Below the pieces are notes generated by a model. That model was not told the DNA's origin. It did not search any database and saw only the letters and a program-made list of their open reading frames with translations. Positions 17,440-25,682 of a stretch of 32,000 nt of DNA are shown here, in pieces; positions within the stretch are counted from its first letter, which is position 1; each line of letters opens with the position of its first letter. Where the stretch lies: contig CAZDMH010000014.1 in NCBI GenBank assembly GCA_964506755.1, forward strand, positions 107,459 to 139,458, written 5' to 3'. Origin of the DNA: an uncultured Spirochaetales bacterium. Lineage in GTDB: Bacteria; Spirochaetota; Spirochaetia; DAHUYW01. A program made the translations under genes and the position numbers.

Positions 17440-17468
17440 TTGACATCGGCAGGCAAGGTTGCTATTGT
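17440..17468 (+). promoter_or_regulatory. Sigma70-like promoter upstream of the EXPERA/DUF1295 operon
   Basis: TTGACA (17440-17445), 17-nt spacer, TATTGT (17463-17468). It sits in the 99-nt divergent intergenic region, with SD and ATG 20-35 nt downstream. Confidence 0.4.
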
Positions 17469-17500
17469 TCCGGTTAACACGCCGAAAAGAGGGCTGAGCC

Positions 17501-18025
17501 ATGGACAATATCGCGCCTCTGCGCAAGCGCCCGCTCGACATTGCGATCGTAGCCTATTTCCTGTTCAACATCCTCTTCATCACCTATTTCTTCGATCTGG
17601 AGCAGATCGTGATACCGGATGTCTCTCATTTCAGCTATCCCGTGTGGCCGCCCCCATTCCTCGTGAATCTCTCCCATTGGTGGGGACGGACCTTCGATCC
17701 GCTGCTCCTTGCCAGGCCTGTTTGGTGGCGTGCGACGATCTGGATCGACGTCGTCCTCTTCGGCCCCTTCTATCTGTTCGGGATCTATGGGTTCACAAAG
17801 GGCAAGCGATGGATCAGAATGCCGAGCGTCATCTATTCGACGGTGATGATCACGAACGTCACGATCATTTTGAGCGAAGAAATCTGGGGACCCCATGCGT
17901 CACCGGCAATTCTCGCGGTGATCGGAGCGAACGCGAGCTGGGTGGTCTTTCCCATTCTCATCATCATCCGCATGTGGCGCGACGGAGAACCGTTCGCGAA
18001 ATCGAAGGCAGAGACCGATGAGTGA
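17501..18025 (+). CDS. EXPERA-domain membrane protein, sigma-2 receptor/TMEM97-like (EBP/TM6SF superfamily)
   Basis: 174 aa, four predicted TM helices. By-eye alignment to human TMEM97 as I recall it: YFLFNILFITYFFDLEQIVIP ~ YFLSHIPITLFMDLQAVLP; TFDPLLLARPVWW ~ FKDPLLQEPPAWF; YGFTKGKRWIRMPSVIYSTV ~ YAFLKGSCKWIRTPAIIYSV. SD AAGAGGG at 17487-17493. Confidence 0.75.
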   Translation: MDNIAPLRKRPLDIAIVAYFLFNILFITYFFDLEQIVIPDVSHFSYPVWPPPFLVNLSHWWGRTFDPLLLARPVWWRATIWIDVVLFGPFYLFGIYGFTKGKRWIRMPSVIYSTVMITNVTIILSEEIWGPHASPAILAVIGANASWVVFPILIIIRMWRDGEPFAKSKAETDE

Positions 18026-18944
18026 GAGCTCGAAGCGACTCGAACGAAGTGGGTCGGCGAGAGCGCTGCTCATCTGCGCAGCGGTCTACCTCCTCGCGGC
18101 AGCTGTCGGGATCATTGTGGGGATCGTCGTGTTCCGTGCCGCCGCCGGCAATCCCTTCGTCTCCTCGTCCGTCGCCGCGGCTGCTACGGGCGACGTCGCC
18201 GCGACGATCGTAGTCTTCTTCTTCAGCGTCGTTTTCAACAACTCGAGTACCTACGATCCCTATTGGAGCGTCGCGCCGCCGTTCATCGCCGGATACTGGA
18301 TCCTAACCGGCTTCCTGACCGCGCACCCCCTGAGGTTGAGCGGTATCATCGTCGTCCTGCTGCTGCTGCTCTGGGCCGGTAGGCTCACACTGAACTGGGC
18401 GCGCGGCTGGAGCGGCTTCGATCACGAAGATTGGCGATACGTCGATTTCCGAGCGACCTCGGGAAGAGCCTACTGGGTCGTGAGCTTCCTGGGCATTCAT
18501 CTCTTCCCTACGATCCTCGTTTTCCTCGGCTGCCTCTCGCTCCTCCCCGTCCTCGCGGATGCTCAGCATGATTTCGACACATTGTGGGTCCTGTCGGTCG
18601 TGATGATCACAGCAGCGATCTGGATCGAGACACGGGCCGACCGCGAGCTGTACGAGTTCAGACGCGAGCGGCGAGATCCCGAGGCGATCCTCGACAGCGG
18701 GCTGTGGAGCTACACCCGCCACCCGAACTACTTCGGAGAAGTGCTCTTCTGGTGGGGTCTCTACGTCGCCGGCCTTGCAGCGAATCCCTCCTACTGGTGG
18801 ACGATCGTCGGCCCTCTCGCTATCACAGCGCTTTTCATGTTCGTCAGCATACCAATGATGGAGCGGCACATGATCGAGAACCATCCGAGTTACGCCGAGG
18901 CCCGCTATGAGCGCTCCCGGTTCGTACCCTGGTTTCGTCGTTAG
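18018..18944 (+). CDS. DUF1295 family membrane protein (steroid 5-alpha-reductase / sterol-reductase / ICMT-like fold)
   Basis: 308 aa, polytopic. The C-terminal signature GLWSYTRHPNYFGEVLFWWGLY is typical of DUF1295 and steroid-reductase-like enzymes. The ATG overlaps the EXPERA stop (ATGAGTGA, 18018-18025). Confidence 0.8.
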   Translation: MSESSKRLERSGSARALLICAAVYLLAAAVGIIVGIVVFRAAAGNPFVSSSVAAAATGDVAATIVVFFFSVVFNNSSTYDPYWSVAPPFIAGYWILTGFLTAHPLRLSGIIVVLLLLLWAGRLTLNWARGWSGFDHEDWRYVDFRATSGRAYWVVSFLGIHLFPTILVFLGCLSLLPVLADAQHDFDTLWVLSVVMITAAIWIETRADRELYEFRRERRDPEAILDSGLWSYTRHPNYFGEVLFWWGLYVAGLAANPSYWWTIVGPLAITALFMFVSIPMMERHMIENHPSYAEARYERSRFVPWFRR

Positions 18945-19711
18945 TTGTTTCGATAGGCGACGTCGAATCTATAACTGACCGACCGGCCGCTTCCTGCATC
19001 GCGCTCCTCGAAGTAGGCCGAACCCTCGTGGTCGATCGCGAAGACAGTGGAACAGCGCGTGCCGTACTCTTTTCCCACTGTGAAGATCGGCGAAACCATT
19101 CGTTCCAGCTCGATGCCGAGCCCCGTATCCGGCAGCTCGCCATCGGGAGCCCGAGTCCGATCGCCTAGCATCTCGAAAAGCTCGTCAGTGGGAAGCCGGT
19201 CCCGATGGCGCGAGAGGATGTTCGTGAAGCGAGCCTTGCCTCTGCGCACCTTCGGCCACGGGGTGTCGAGCAGATGATTGCTGATACCGTAGATTCCGCT
19301 CTCGAGAGGTTTCCCCCCGTCGCCTCGATTCGAGTGGTATCCGAGGCTTCCGTCGGCTCCGAAGAGGAGGTTGTACCCGTTGTATTCACCACCTTCGGCG
19401 CGAATCCGTGAGAGAAACTCTTCGACGCCGCCGTCGCTCTCGAGAAACTCGCGTACCAGCCCGCCTCGTGAGGGAGCGTCACGGCGTTCCGACCCCGGTT
19501 CGCGATAGTTCGTTACGGCGGCGAAGCGGCCTCCTCGCGTGCATCCCAGCCAGGTGCCCATCTGCTCGAGATCCCGGCCGCCCAGGATGTCTGATGCGTC
19601 GTCCCACCAGTCCGCTCCGGCGGTCGGTCGTGCGAGAAACTCGTCGCGGTTCGCCGCGACGACGAGATGGTATCGAGGATGCGATTTGTAGGCACAGAGA
19701 ATCAAACACAT
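18941..19711 (-). CDS. NRDE-family protein (DUF833 / TANGO2 homologue; Ntn-hydrolase-like with N-terminal Met-Cys)
   Basis: MCLILCAYKSHPRYHLVVAANRDEF carries the eponymous NRDE motif. I prefer ATG 19711 (Met-Cys N-terminus) because AGGAG, which overlaps the upstream UvrA-like TAG stop, sits 5 nt before it. The track start is GTG 19717. Confidence 0.8.
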   Translation of the reverse strand: MCLILCAYKSHPRYHLVVAANRDEFLARPTAGADWWDDASDILGGRDLEQMGTWLGCTRGGRFAAVTNYREPGSERRDAPSRGGLVREFLESDGGVEEFLSRIRAEGGEYNGYNLLFGADGSLGYHSNRGDGGKPLESGIYGISNHLLDTPWPKVRRGKARFTNILSRHRDRLPTDELFEMLGDRTRAPDGELPDTGLGIELERMVSPIFTVGKEYGTRCSTVFAIDHEGSAYFEERDAGSGRSVSYRFDVAYRNN

Positions 19712-19719
19712 GTGCACTC

Positions 19720-22700
19720 CTATCGTGAAAGATGCGAAGAGAGGAATTTCCCCGTGTAGGAATCCTCGGAGCGGGCAACAAGCTCGCGAGGGCTTCCGGC
19801 CGCGACGAGACGTCCGCCGCCGTTGCCGCCTTCAGGTCCGAGATCGATCACCCAATCGGCTTCCGCAATGATATCGAGATTGTGCTCGATGACGATGACG
19901 CTATTGCCCGAGTCGACGAGACGGTGCAGGACGTTGATGAGCTTCTCCACGTCCGCTACATGAAGCCCGATCGTCGGCTCGTCGAGCACATAGAGGGTTC
20001 GTGCCCGAACCGTTGTTCCACCGCGCCTCAATGGAGCTCGGACAGTGTCCGCAGGCTTCGCCTTCGCAAGCTCGGTAACCAGCTTGATTCGTTGTGCCTC
20101 CCCGCCGCTCAAGGTCGGGCTTTGCTGCCCGAGGTGAAGGTACCCGAGCCCGACGTCCTGCAGAAGCTTGAGGGTATGATGAACCTTGGGATGAGCGACG
20201 AAGAAGCTTACGGCCTCGTCGATGGTCATCGCCAGCACCTCGGCAATGTTCTTTTCACGGTAGCGTACTGCGAGCGTTTCCTCGGTGAACCGAGAGCCGC
20301 CGCAACTTTCACAGGAGACGGTCACGTCCGGTAAGAAGCTCATCTCGATCTTCCGAATGCCCTGCCCGGCGCACTCCTCGCAACGCCCTCCTTTCGTATT
20401 GAACGAGAATCTGCTCGGTGTGTAGCCGCGCAGTCTCGCTTCGGGAGTCGCAGCGTAGAGCTTTCGAATGGCGTCCCACACACCGACATAGGTTGCAGGA
20501 CAGGAACGCGGTGTCTTGCCGATGGGGGTCTGATCCACCTCGAGCACCCGCTCGATCGCATCCCAACCGCGCAGCTCCCGCACCCCGTCGGGCTGTATCT
20601 CTGCCCTACCCCGCTTCCGCCGACTCCGGACGGAGATCATGGCCCGGAGATTGTCGTAGATCACCTCTCGAACGAGGGTGCTCTTTCCGCTTCCGCTCAC
20701 TCCCGTCACGCAGACCAGCCGACCCAACGGCACCTCGAGACTGAGATCCTTCAAGTTGTGCTTGGCGGCACCGACCACCTCGAGCACGCCGTTTTCCTCG
20801 GATTCATCCGACGATCCCACTCTGCCTACTCCGTTGCCGCCGGCCTCCCCGGGCGGCCCCGCCGCCCGCTCGCGCATGGGATGATGGAGCGGCGCCTTGA
20901 GCAGCCTTCCAGTCAAAGAATCCGGGCAGCGCATAAGCTCCTCGGCGTTACCTGCGCATACGAGATTGCCACCGTCCGCGCCGCCTCCGGGACCGAGATC
21001 GATAATGAACTCGGCACGCCGAATCGTATCCATGTCGTGCTCTACGACGACGACCGTGTTGCCCTTCTCCTTCAAGCGATGGAGCGTGCCGAGAAGCAGG
21101 TCGTTGTCGCGGGCGTGGAGCCCGATTGTCGGCTCATCGAGGATGTAGCAGACTCCTCGGAGGTTCGAGCCGAGCTGTGAGGCGAGTCGGATTCGCTGGG
21201 CCTCGCCACCGCTCAGGGTAGGGGCGGCGCGGTCGAGCGTCAGGTAGTCCAGCCCGACCTCGCCGAGAAACTCGAGTCGAGAGGAAACCTCGCCGAGCAG
21301 GTCGCGAGCGACATCGACCTCTCGGTTCGAGAGGTCGAGCGAGCCGAAAAACCTTTCGGCCTCTTCGATCGAAAGGGCGGTGAGCTCCGCAATGTCGCGA
21401 TTCCGGAATCGAATGGCAAGCGCTTCCGGACGAAGCCGCTTGCCCTCGCAGGTCGGACACACCCGTTCCTCGCCGTCCCACCATTCGTTCCACCATATCT
21501 CCTCTCCGGTCTGCTCCTCATCGAACCCCGATAGACGAAGCCCCGTTCCGTAGCAGTCGGGGCACCAGCCGTGTCTGCTGTTGAATGAGAACAGTCGCGG
21601 ATCGGGCTCCTCGAAGCTGCGGCCGCAGCTCGGGCAGGCGCGCCGAACGGAAAAGATGCGCTCGCCCCCATCCTCATCCCCGACACGAAGAGCTCCCTGC
21701 CCAAACTCCAACGCTCGCTCGACCGCCTTCCGCACCCCTTCACGGGGGGGTCGGCCGGGACGACGATACTCGGCAATCGGGAGGTCGATTGTATGCTCTC
21801 GGTAGCGGTCGAGGCGCGGCCAGGCGTCGGTCGGCAGGAGCTCCCCGTCGACACGCAGATGAGAGAATCCCTTGTTCGACGCCCACTGCGCGAGGTCCGT
21901 GTAGTAGCCTTTCCGAGCCTGTACCAATGGTGCCCTCAGTTGGAAGCCCCGCCTTCGATAGTCTGTCAGGATCTGAGTCACGATCGACTCGATGCTCCTC
22001 GGCTCGATCGGTGTGTTGCAGTCCGGACAATACTGGGTACCGAGCTTCGCGTAGAGCAGTCGAACGAAGTGATAGATCTCGGTCATCGTCGCGACCGTGC
22101 TCTTCCTGCCGCCGCGGCTCGTGCGCTGTTCGATTGCGACCGTCGGAGGCACCCCGCTGACGCTGTCGACGTCGGGACGTGTGGCGGGTTGAACGTATTG
22201 ACGGGCGTATGCGTTGAGGGACTCCAGATACCGACGTTGCCCCTCGGCGAACAGGATGTCGAACGCTATCGTGCTCTTGCCGCTCCCGCTCACTCCGGTA
22301 ATGACCGTAAAGAGATCGCGAGGAATTCGAATATCGATGTTCTTCAGATTGTGCTCTCGCGCATGTCGAATCACAATGGAATGGTCCGATTCTCCCGTCG
22401 ATTTGGTGCGGGCTCGAAGCGGCGGTGTCGACTCGGCCGCCTCGGACGCCCGCCGATCTCTCGAGGGGCCCGTTAGAGCCTGCCTTGAGGACCGGTAGTC
22501 TCTGAGCGCTCTTCCGGTATGGCTCCTCTTCGAGCGCATGATCCGTTCGGGAGGTCCGGTGCATACGACCCGTCCACCTCCCTCCCCCCCCTCAGGGCCG
22601 AGGTCGACGATCCAATCGCATGCGGCTATAACGTCTATGTTGTGCTCGATGACGAGGACGGAGTTGCCCGCCTCCACGAGCTGATCGAGCGCGCCGAGCA

Positions 22701-25443
22701 GCACCGCGATGTCGTCGAAATGCAGACCGGTGGTCGGTTCGTCGAAGAGAAACAGGATGCCGTCCGTTGCGGCGGCGACGCCCTTCCCTTCGGTTGCTGT
22801 TTTCTTTCCGTTCCTTCGGTGTACAGCGCGACGTGAGCTCGCCGTCTTCGCGAGGTAGCCGGCCAGCTTCAGCCGCTGTGCTTCCCCTCCGCTGAGGGTA
22901 GGCACCGGCTGGCCGAGGGTCAGATATCCGAGCCCGACCGCCTTCAGTGGACCGAGCAGCGCGACCACGGAAGGCGTCTCGCCAAAGAGCTCACAGGCAT
23001 CGTCGATCGTAAGCGCGAGGACGTCGGCTATCGACATCGGTTTTCGTTCGTTCCGCTCGGAGATCGTGGTAGCAATCTTTACCTCGAGCACCTCACTTCG
23101 GTAGCGCCTGCCGTCACAGTCCGGGCAGCGGATATAGATATCGCTTAGGAACTGCATCTCTATGTGCTCGAATCCGCTCCCCGAACAGGTCGGACAGCGA
23201 CCCGCGCCGGAATTGAAGCTGAAGGTTCCGGGAGTGTAGCCGCGCTGCTTCGAAAGCGGCTCCGCCGCGAAGAGCTTTCGGATCGGGTCGAGCGCTCCGA
23301 CGTAGCTGGCAGGGTTCGATCTCGTCGTCTTCCCGATTGGTGACTGGTCGACGAGGACGACATCCTCAAGCCCCTCGTGTCCGAGAAGCGCCCGGTGGAG
23401 GCCGGGAGGTTCTACCGGTTTGCCGGCGTAGGCACGGTAGGCGTTGTAGAGGACGTCCTGCACCAGGGTCGACTTGCCGCTTCCGCTCACGCCTGTGACG
23501 CAGACGAGTCTCCCGAGCGGGATCTCGACATCGATCTCCTTCAGGTTGTGCTCGCGAGCGCCTTTGATTTCGAGACTCCGACCGGAAGCGCCTCCGCCTG
23601 CAGCGACTGTTCTGCGCGCGCCTCCCCGGAGGGAGACCATTCTCGCGCCGCTCAGATATTTTGCCGTGAGCGAGCGCGGGCATGAAAGAAGATCCTCTCG
23701 ATCACCCGCGTAGATCACCTCACCTCCGTGCACGCCTGCGCCCGGCCCCATGTCGATGATCGAGTCGGCCGCCTGGATGACTTCGGGATCGTGCTCGACG
23801 ACGAGGAGGGTGTTGCCGGTATCCCGCAGGCGGTGAAGAACGCCGACCAGCCTCCCGATGTCTCGGGGATGAAGCCCGATGCTCGGCTCGTCGAGCACGA
23901 AGAGCGTGTTCACCAACGAGGTGCCGAGTGCGGTCGTGAGGTTGATCCGCTGCACCTCACCTCCACTCAGGGTACGCGACTGGCGGTCAAGGGTGAGGTA
24001 CTCGAGCCCGACCTCCACTAGGTAGCGCAATCTGGAGTTGATCTCGCCGAGTAGCAGCTCCGTCGCCTCGTCCTGAGCGTTCTCGTTGCCTGCTCCGCCC
24101 TTCCCCCCAACCTCGAGGTTGGCGAAGAACTTGGCGCATTCTCCAATTGGCAGAAGCATGACGTCGTGTATCGAGAGCTTCTCCTTTCCAAGCCGCCAAA
24201 GAAGAGCCTCCGTCTTGAGTCGTGCACCTTTGCATGTAGGGCATTCCCGGTAGGCGCGATACTTGGAGAGAAGCACCCGAATGTGCATCCGGTAGCTCCT
24301 TCCCTCGAGCCAATCGAAGAAACGCTTGATGCCGTACCATTTCCCATCGTCCCAGCTTCCCTCACCCTCGATGACCCAGCCGCGCTCTCGCTCTGAGAGC
24401 TCTCGCCAGGGGACATTCGTCCGTATCGAACGTCGTCGCGCGTGCTTCATGAGATCGTCCTGGCACTCGCCGTAGCTCTTCGATTGCCAGGGTTTGATAG
24501 CCCCCTCTTCGAGGCTCTTGCGGTCGTCGGGGATAACGAGCGAGTAGTCGATGCCGATCGTGCGGCCGAAGCCCCTACAGGTCTCACAGGCACCGATCGG
24601 GGAATTGAACGAGAAGAGATTCGGCACGGGATCACGATAGTGAATATCGCAGTCGGGACAGTGCAAGTGCGAGGAGAAACGCTTCGCATCACCGAGGGTA
24701 CCGTCGGCCCTCATCGGGGTTACAGCCACCATCCCCTGTCCGTACTTGAGCGCCGCCTCGAGATCCTCGACGATGCGTGAGCGGTGCGACGCCTTGAGAA
24801 TCACGCGGTCCTGCACCACGTCCAGTCTGCCTCCCTCACGGCCGAGGATCCTCCGATACCCCTGCTGCTTGAGCAGCTCTTCGACCTCCTCCTCGCTGAA
24901 ATTGTGGGGAACCGTTATCGGAAAGGTGATGACCGCCCGGCGTTCCTTTCCTGCTCCGAGAAGCTGCCGAGCGATGCTCTCGGGGCTGTCTCTTTGGACT
25001 GCCTTTCCACAGTTGCCGCAGTACAGCTGAGACGCCCGCGCAAACAGCAGCTTGAGGTGATCGTTGAGCTCCGTCATCGTTCCAACTGTCGACCGGGAGG
25101 TTCGAACCGGGTTGACTTGATCGATCGCGATGGCGGGAGGGATACCCTCGATATGATCGACCTGCGGCTTGTCCATTCGGTCGAGGAACTGACGGGTATA
25201 GGGAGAGAAGGTTTCGACGTATCGGCGTTGGCCCTCGGAATAGATCGTATCGAAGGCAAGCGAGGACTTGCCCGACCCGCTGACGCCCGTTATGACGGTG
25301 AGCCGGTTGAGAGGAATATTCACATCGACATTCTTTAGATTGTTCTGCCGGGCGCCGCGAACGATAATTGCTTCGTCGTTCATCGGTGGTGTCGACTTCC
25401 CAGACACCCGGTCGCGGCCGGGATGCTTTGTTGTTTTTGCCAT
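19720..25443 (-). CDS. Tandem-fused double UvrA-like ABC ATPase (two complete UvrA units, four nucleotide-binding modules, 1907 aa)
   Basis: Four GVSGSGKS Walker A motifs (nt 25264-25287, 23470-23493, 22273-22296, 20680-20703). Four TLSGGE(A/V)QR signatures. Four Walker B motifs ([48 protein letters not shown]). Six paired CxxC...CxxC zinc modules. Unit 1 is aa 1-983, the linker ~984-1022 (nt 22378-22494), unit 2 ~1023-1907. Confidence 0.9.
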   Translation of the reverse strand: MAKTTKHPGRDRVSGKSTPPMNDEAIIVRGARQNNLKNVDVNIPLNRLTVITGVSGSGKSSLAFDTIYSEGQRRYVETFSPYTRQFLDRMDKPQVDHIEGIPPAIAIDQVNPVRTSRSTVGTMTELNDHLKLLFARASQLYCGNCGKAVQRDSPESIARQLLGAGKERRAVITFPITVPHNFSEEEVEELLKQQGYRRILGREGGRLDVVQDRVILKASHRSRIVEDLEAALKYGQGMVAVTPMRADGTLGDAKRFSSHLHCPDCDIHYRDPVPNLFSFNSPIGACETCRGFGRTIGIDYSLVIPDDRKSLEEGAIKPWQSKSYGECQDDLMKHARRRSIRTNVPWRELSERERGWVIEGEGSWDDGKWYGIKRFFDWLEGRSYRMHIRVLLSKYRAYRECPTCKGARLKTEALLWRLGKEKLSIHDVMLLPIGECAKFFANLEVGGKGGAGNENAQDEATELLLGEINSRLRYLVEVGLEYLTLDRQSRTLSGGEVQRINLTTALGTSLVNTLFVLDEPSIGLHPRDIGRLVGVLHRLRDTGNTLLVVEHDPEVIQAADSIIDMGPGAGVHGGEVIYAGDREDLLSCPRSLTAKYLSGARMVSLRGGARRTVAAGGGASGRSLEIKGAREHNLKEIDVEIPLGRLVCVTGVSGSGKSTLVQDVLYNAYRAYAGKPVEPPGLHRALLGHEGLEDVVLVDQSPIGKTTRSNPASYVGALDPIRKLFAAEPLSKQRGYTPGTFSFNSGAGRCPTCSGSGFEHIEMQFLSDIYIRCPDCDGRRYRSEVLEVKIATTISERNERKPMSIADVLALTIDDACELFGETPSVVALLGPLKAVGLGYLTLGQPVPTLSGGEAQRLKLAGYLAKTASSRRAVHRRNGKKTATEGKGVAAATDGILFLFDEPTTGLHFDDIAVLLGALDQLVEAGNSVLVIEHNIDVIAACDWIVDLGPEGGEGGGRVVCTGPPERIMRSKRSHTGRALRDYRSSRQALTGPSRDRRASEAAESTPPLRARTKSTGESDHSIVIRHAREHNLKNIDIRIPRDLFTVITGVSGSGKSTIAFDILFAEGQRRYLESLNAYARQYVQPATRPDVDSVSGVPPTVAIEQRTSRGGRKSTVATMTEIYHFVRLLYAKLGTQYCPDCNTPIEPRSIESIVTQILTDYRRRGFQLRAPLVQARKGYYTDLAQWASNKGFSHLRVDGELLPTDAWPRLDRYREHTIDLPIAEYRRPGRPPREGVRKAVERALEFGQGALRVGDEDGGERIFSVRRACPSCGRSFEEPDPRLFSFNSRHGWCPDCYGTGLRLSGFDEEQTGEEIWWNEWWDGEERVCPTCEGKRLRPEALAIRFRNRDIAELTALSIEEAERFFGSLDLSNREVDVARDLLGEVSSRLEFLGEVGLDYLTLDRAAPTLSGGEAQRIRLASQLGSNLRGVCYILDEPTIGLHARDNDLLLGTLHRLKEKGNTVVVVEHDMDTIRRAEFIIDLGPGGGADGGNLVCAGNAEELMRCPDSLTGRLLKAPLHHPMRERAAGPPGEAGGNGVGRVGSSDESEENGVLEVVGAAKHNLKDLSLEVPLGRLVCVTGVSGSGKSTLVREVIYDNLRAMISVRSRRKRGRAEIQPDGVRELRGWDAIERVLEVDQTPIGKTPRSCPATYVGVWDAIRKLYAATPEARLRGYTPSRFSFNTKGGRCEECAGQGIRKIEMSFLPDVTVSCESCGGSRFTEETLAVRYREKNIAEVLAMTIDEAVSFFVAHPKVHHTLKLLQDVGLGYLHLGQQSPTLSGGEAQRIKLVTELAKAKPADTVRAPLRRGGTTVRARTLYVLDEPTIGLHVADVEKLINVLHRLVDSGNSVIVIEHNLDIIAEADWVIDLGPEGGNGGGRLVAAGSPRELVARSEDSYTGKFLSSHLSR

Positions 25444-25586
25444 GAATTGCTCGAATCTCTCGGATTATGCCACGGCGAGCCTTCTTTGGAAAAGGCGCCG
25501 ATCGACGAGCTGCCTGCCCCCCTGCCGCCCTGCCGCCTGCGTCGCCGCGCCGCTGGGCCGCAACGACTCGGTCACATCCGGCGATA

Positions 25587-25615
25587 TTGACAATTGATTA
25601 TTGAAACACTAAGTT
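25587..25615 (+). promoter_or_regulatory. Sigma70-like promoter upstream of acs (in the divergent region shared with the double-UvrA gene)
   Basis: TTGACA (25587-25592), 17-nt spacer, TAAGTT (25610-25615). It lies within the only AT-rich tract of the 239-nt intergenic region. Confidence 0.35.
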
Positions 25616-25623
25616 TTTAGTCA

Positions 25624-25650
25624 GGCGGATTTTCCGTCAAGGCATCCGCC
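25624..25650 (+). promoter_or_regulatory. Inverted repeat / hairpin in the predicted acs 5' leader
   Basis: GGCGGAT (25624-25630), 13-nt loop, ATCCGCC (25644-25650). It lies between the putative -10 and the SD. Confidence 0.25.
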
Positions 25651-25682
25651 GCTCGAATTAATAACACGAAGGAGAAAAAAAC

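Noticed and set aside
15833-17443. Long ORFs antisense to or out of frame with the NfeD, stomatin and DUF302 genes (15833..16708 -, 15916..16677 +, 16592..17443 +)
   Set aside because: They are Arg/Ser/Pro-rich with no recognisable motifs. They fully overlap genes that carry strong family signatures and proper SD sites.
20680-25287. Four near-identical ~24-nt DNA segments (cttgcc/ctttcc-gct(t/c)ccgctcac...) that could be read as dispersed direct repeats
   Set aside because: They are the coding sequence of the four GVSGSGKS Walker A loops of the double UvrA. This is protein-level paralogy, not a repeat element or CRISPR-like array.
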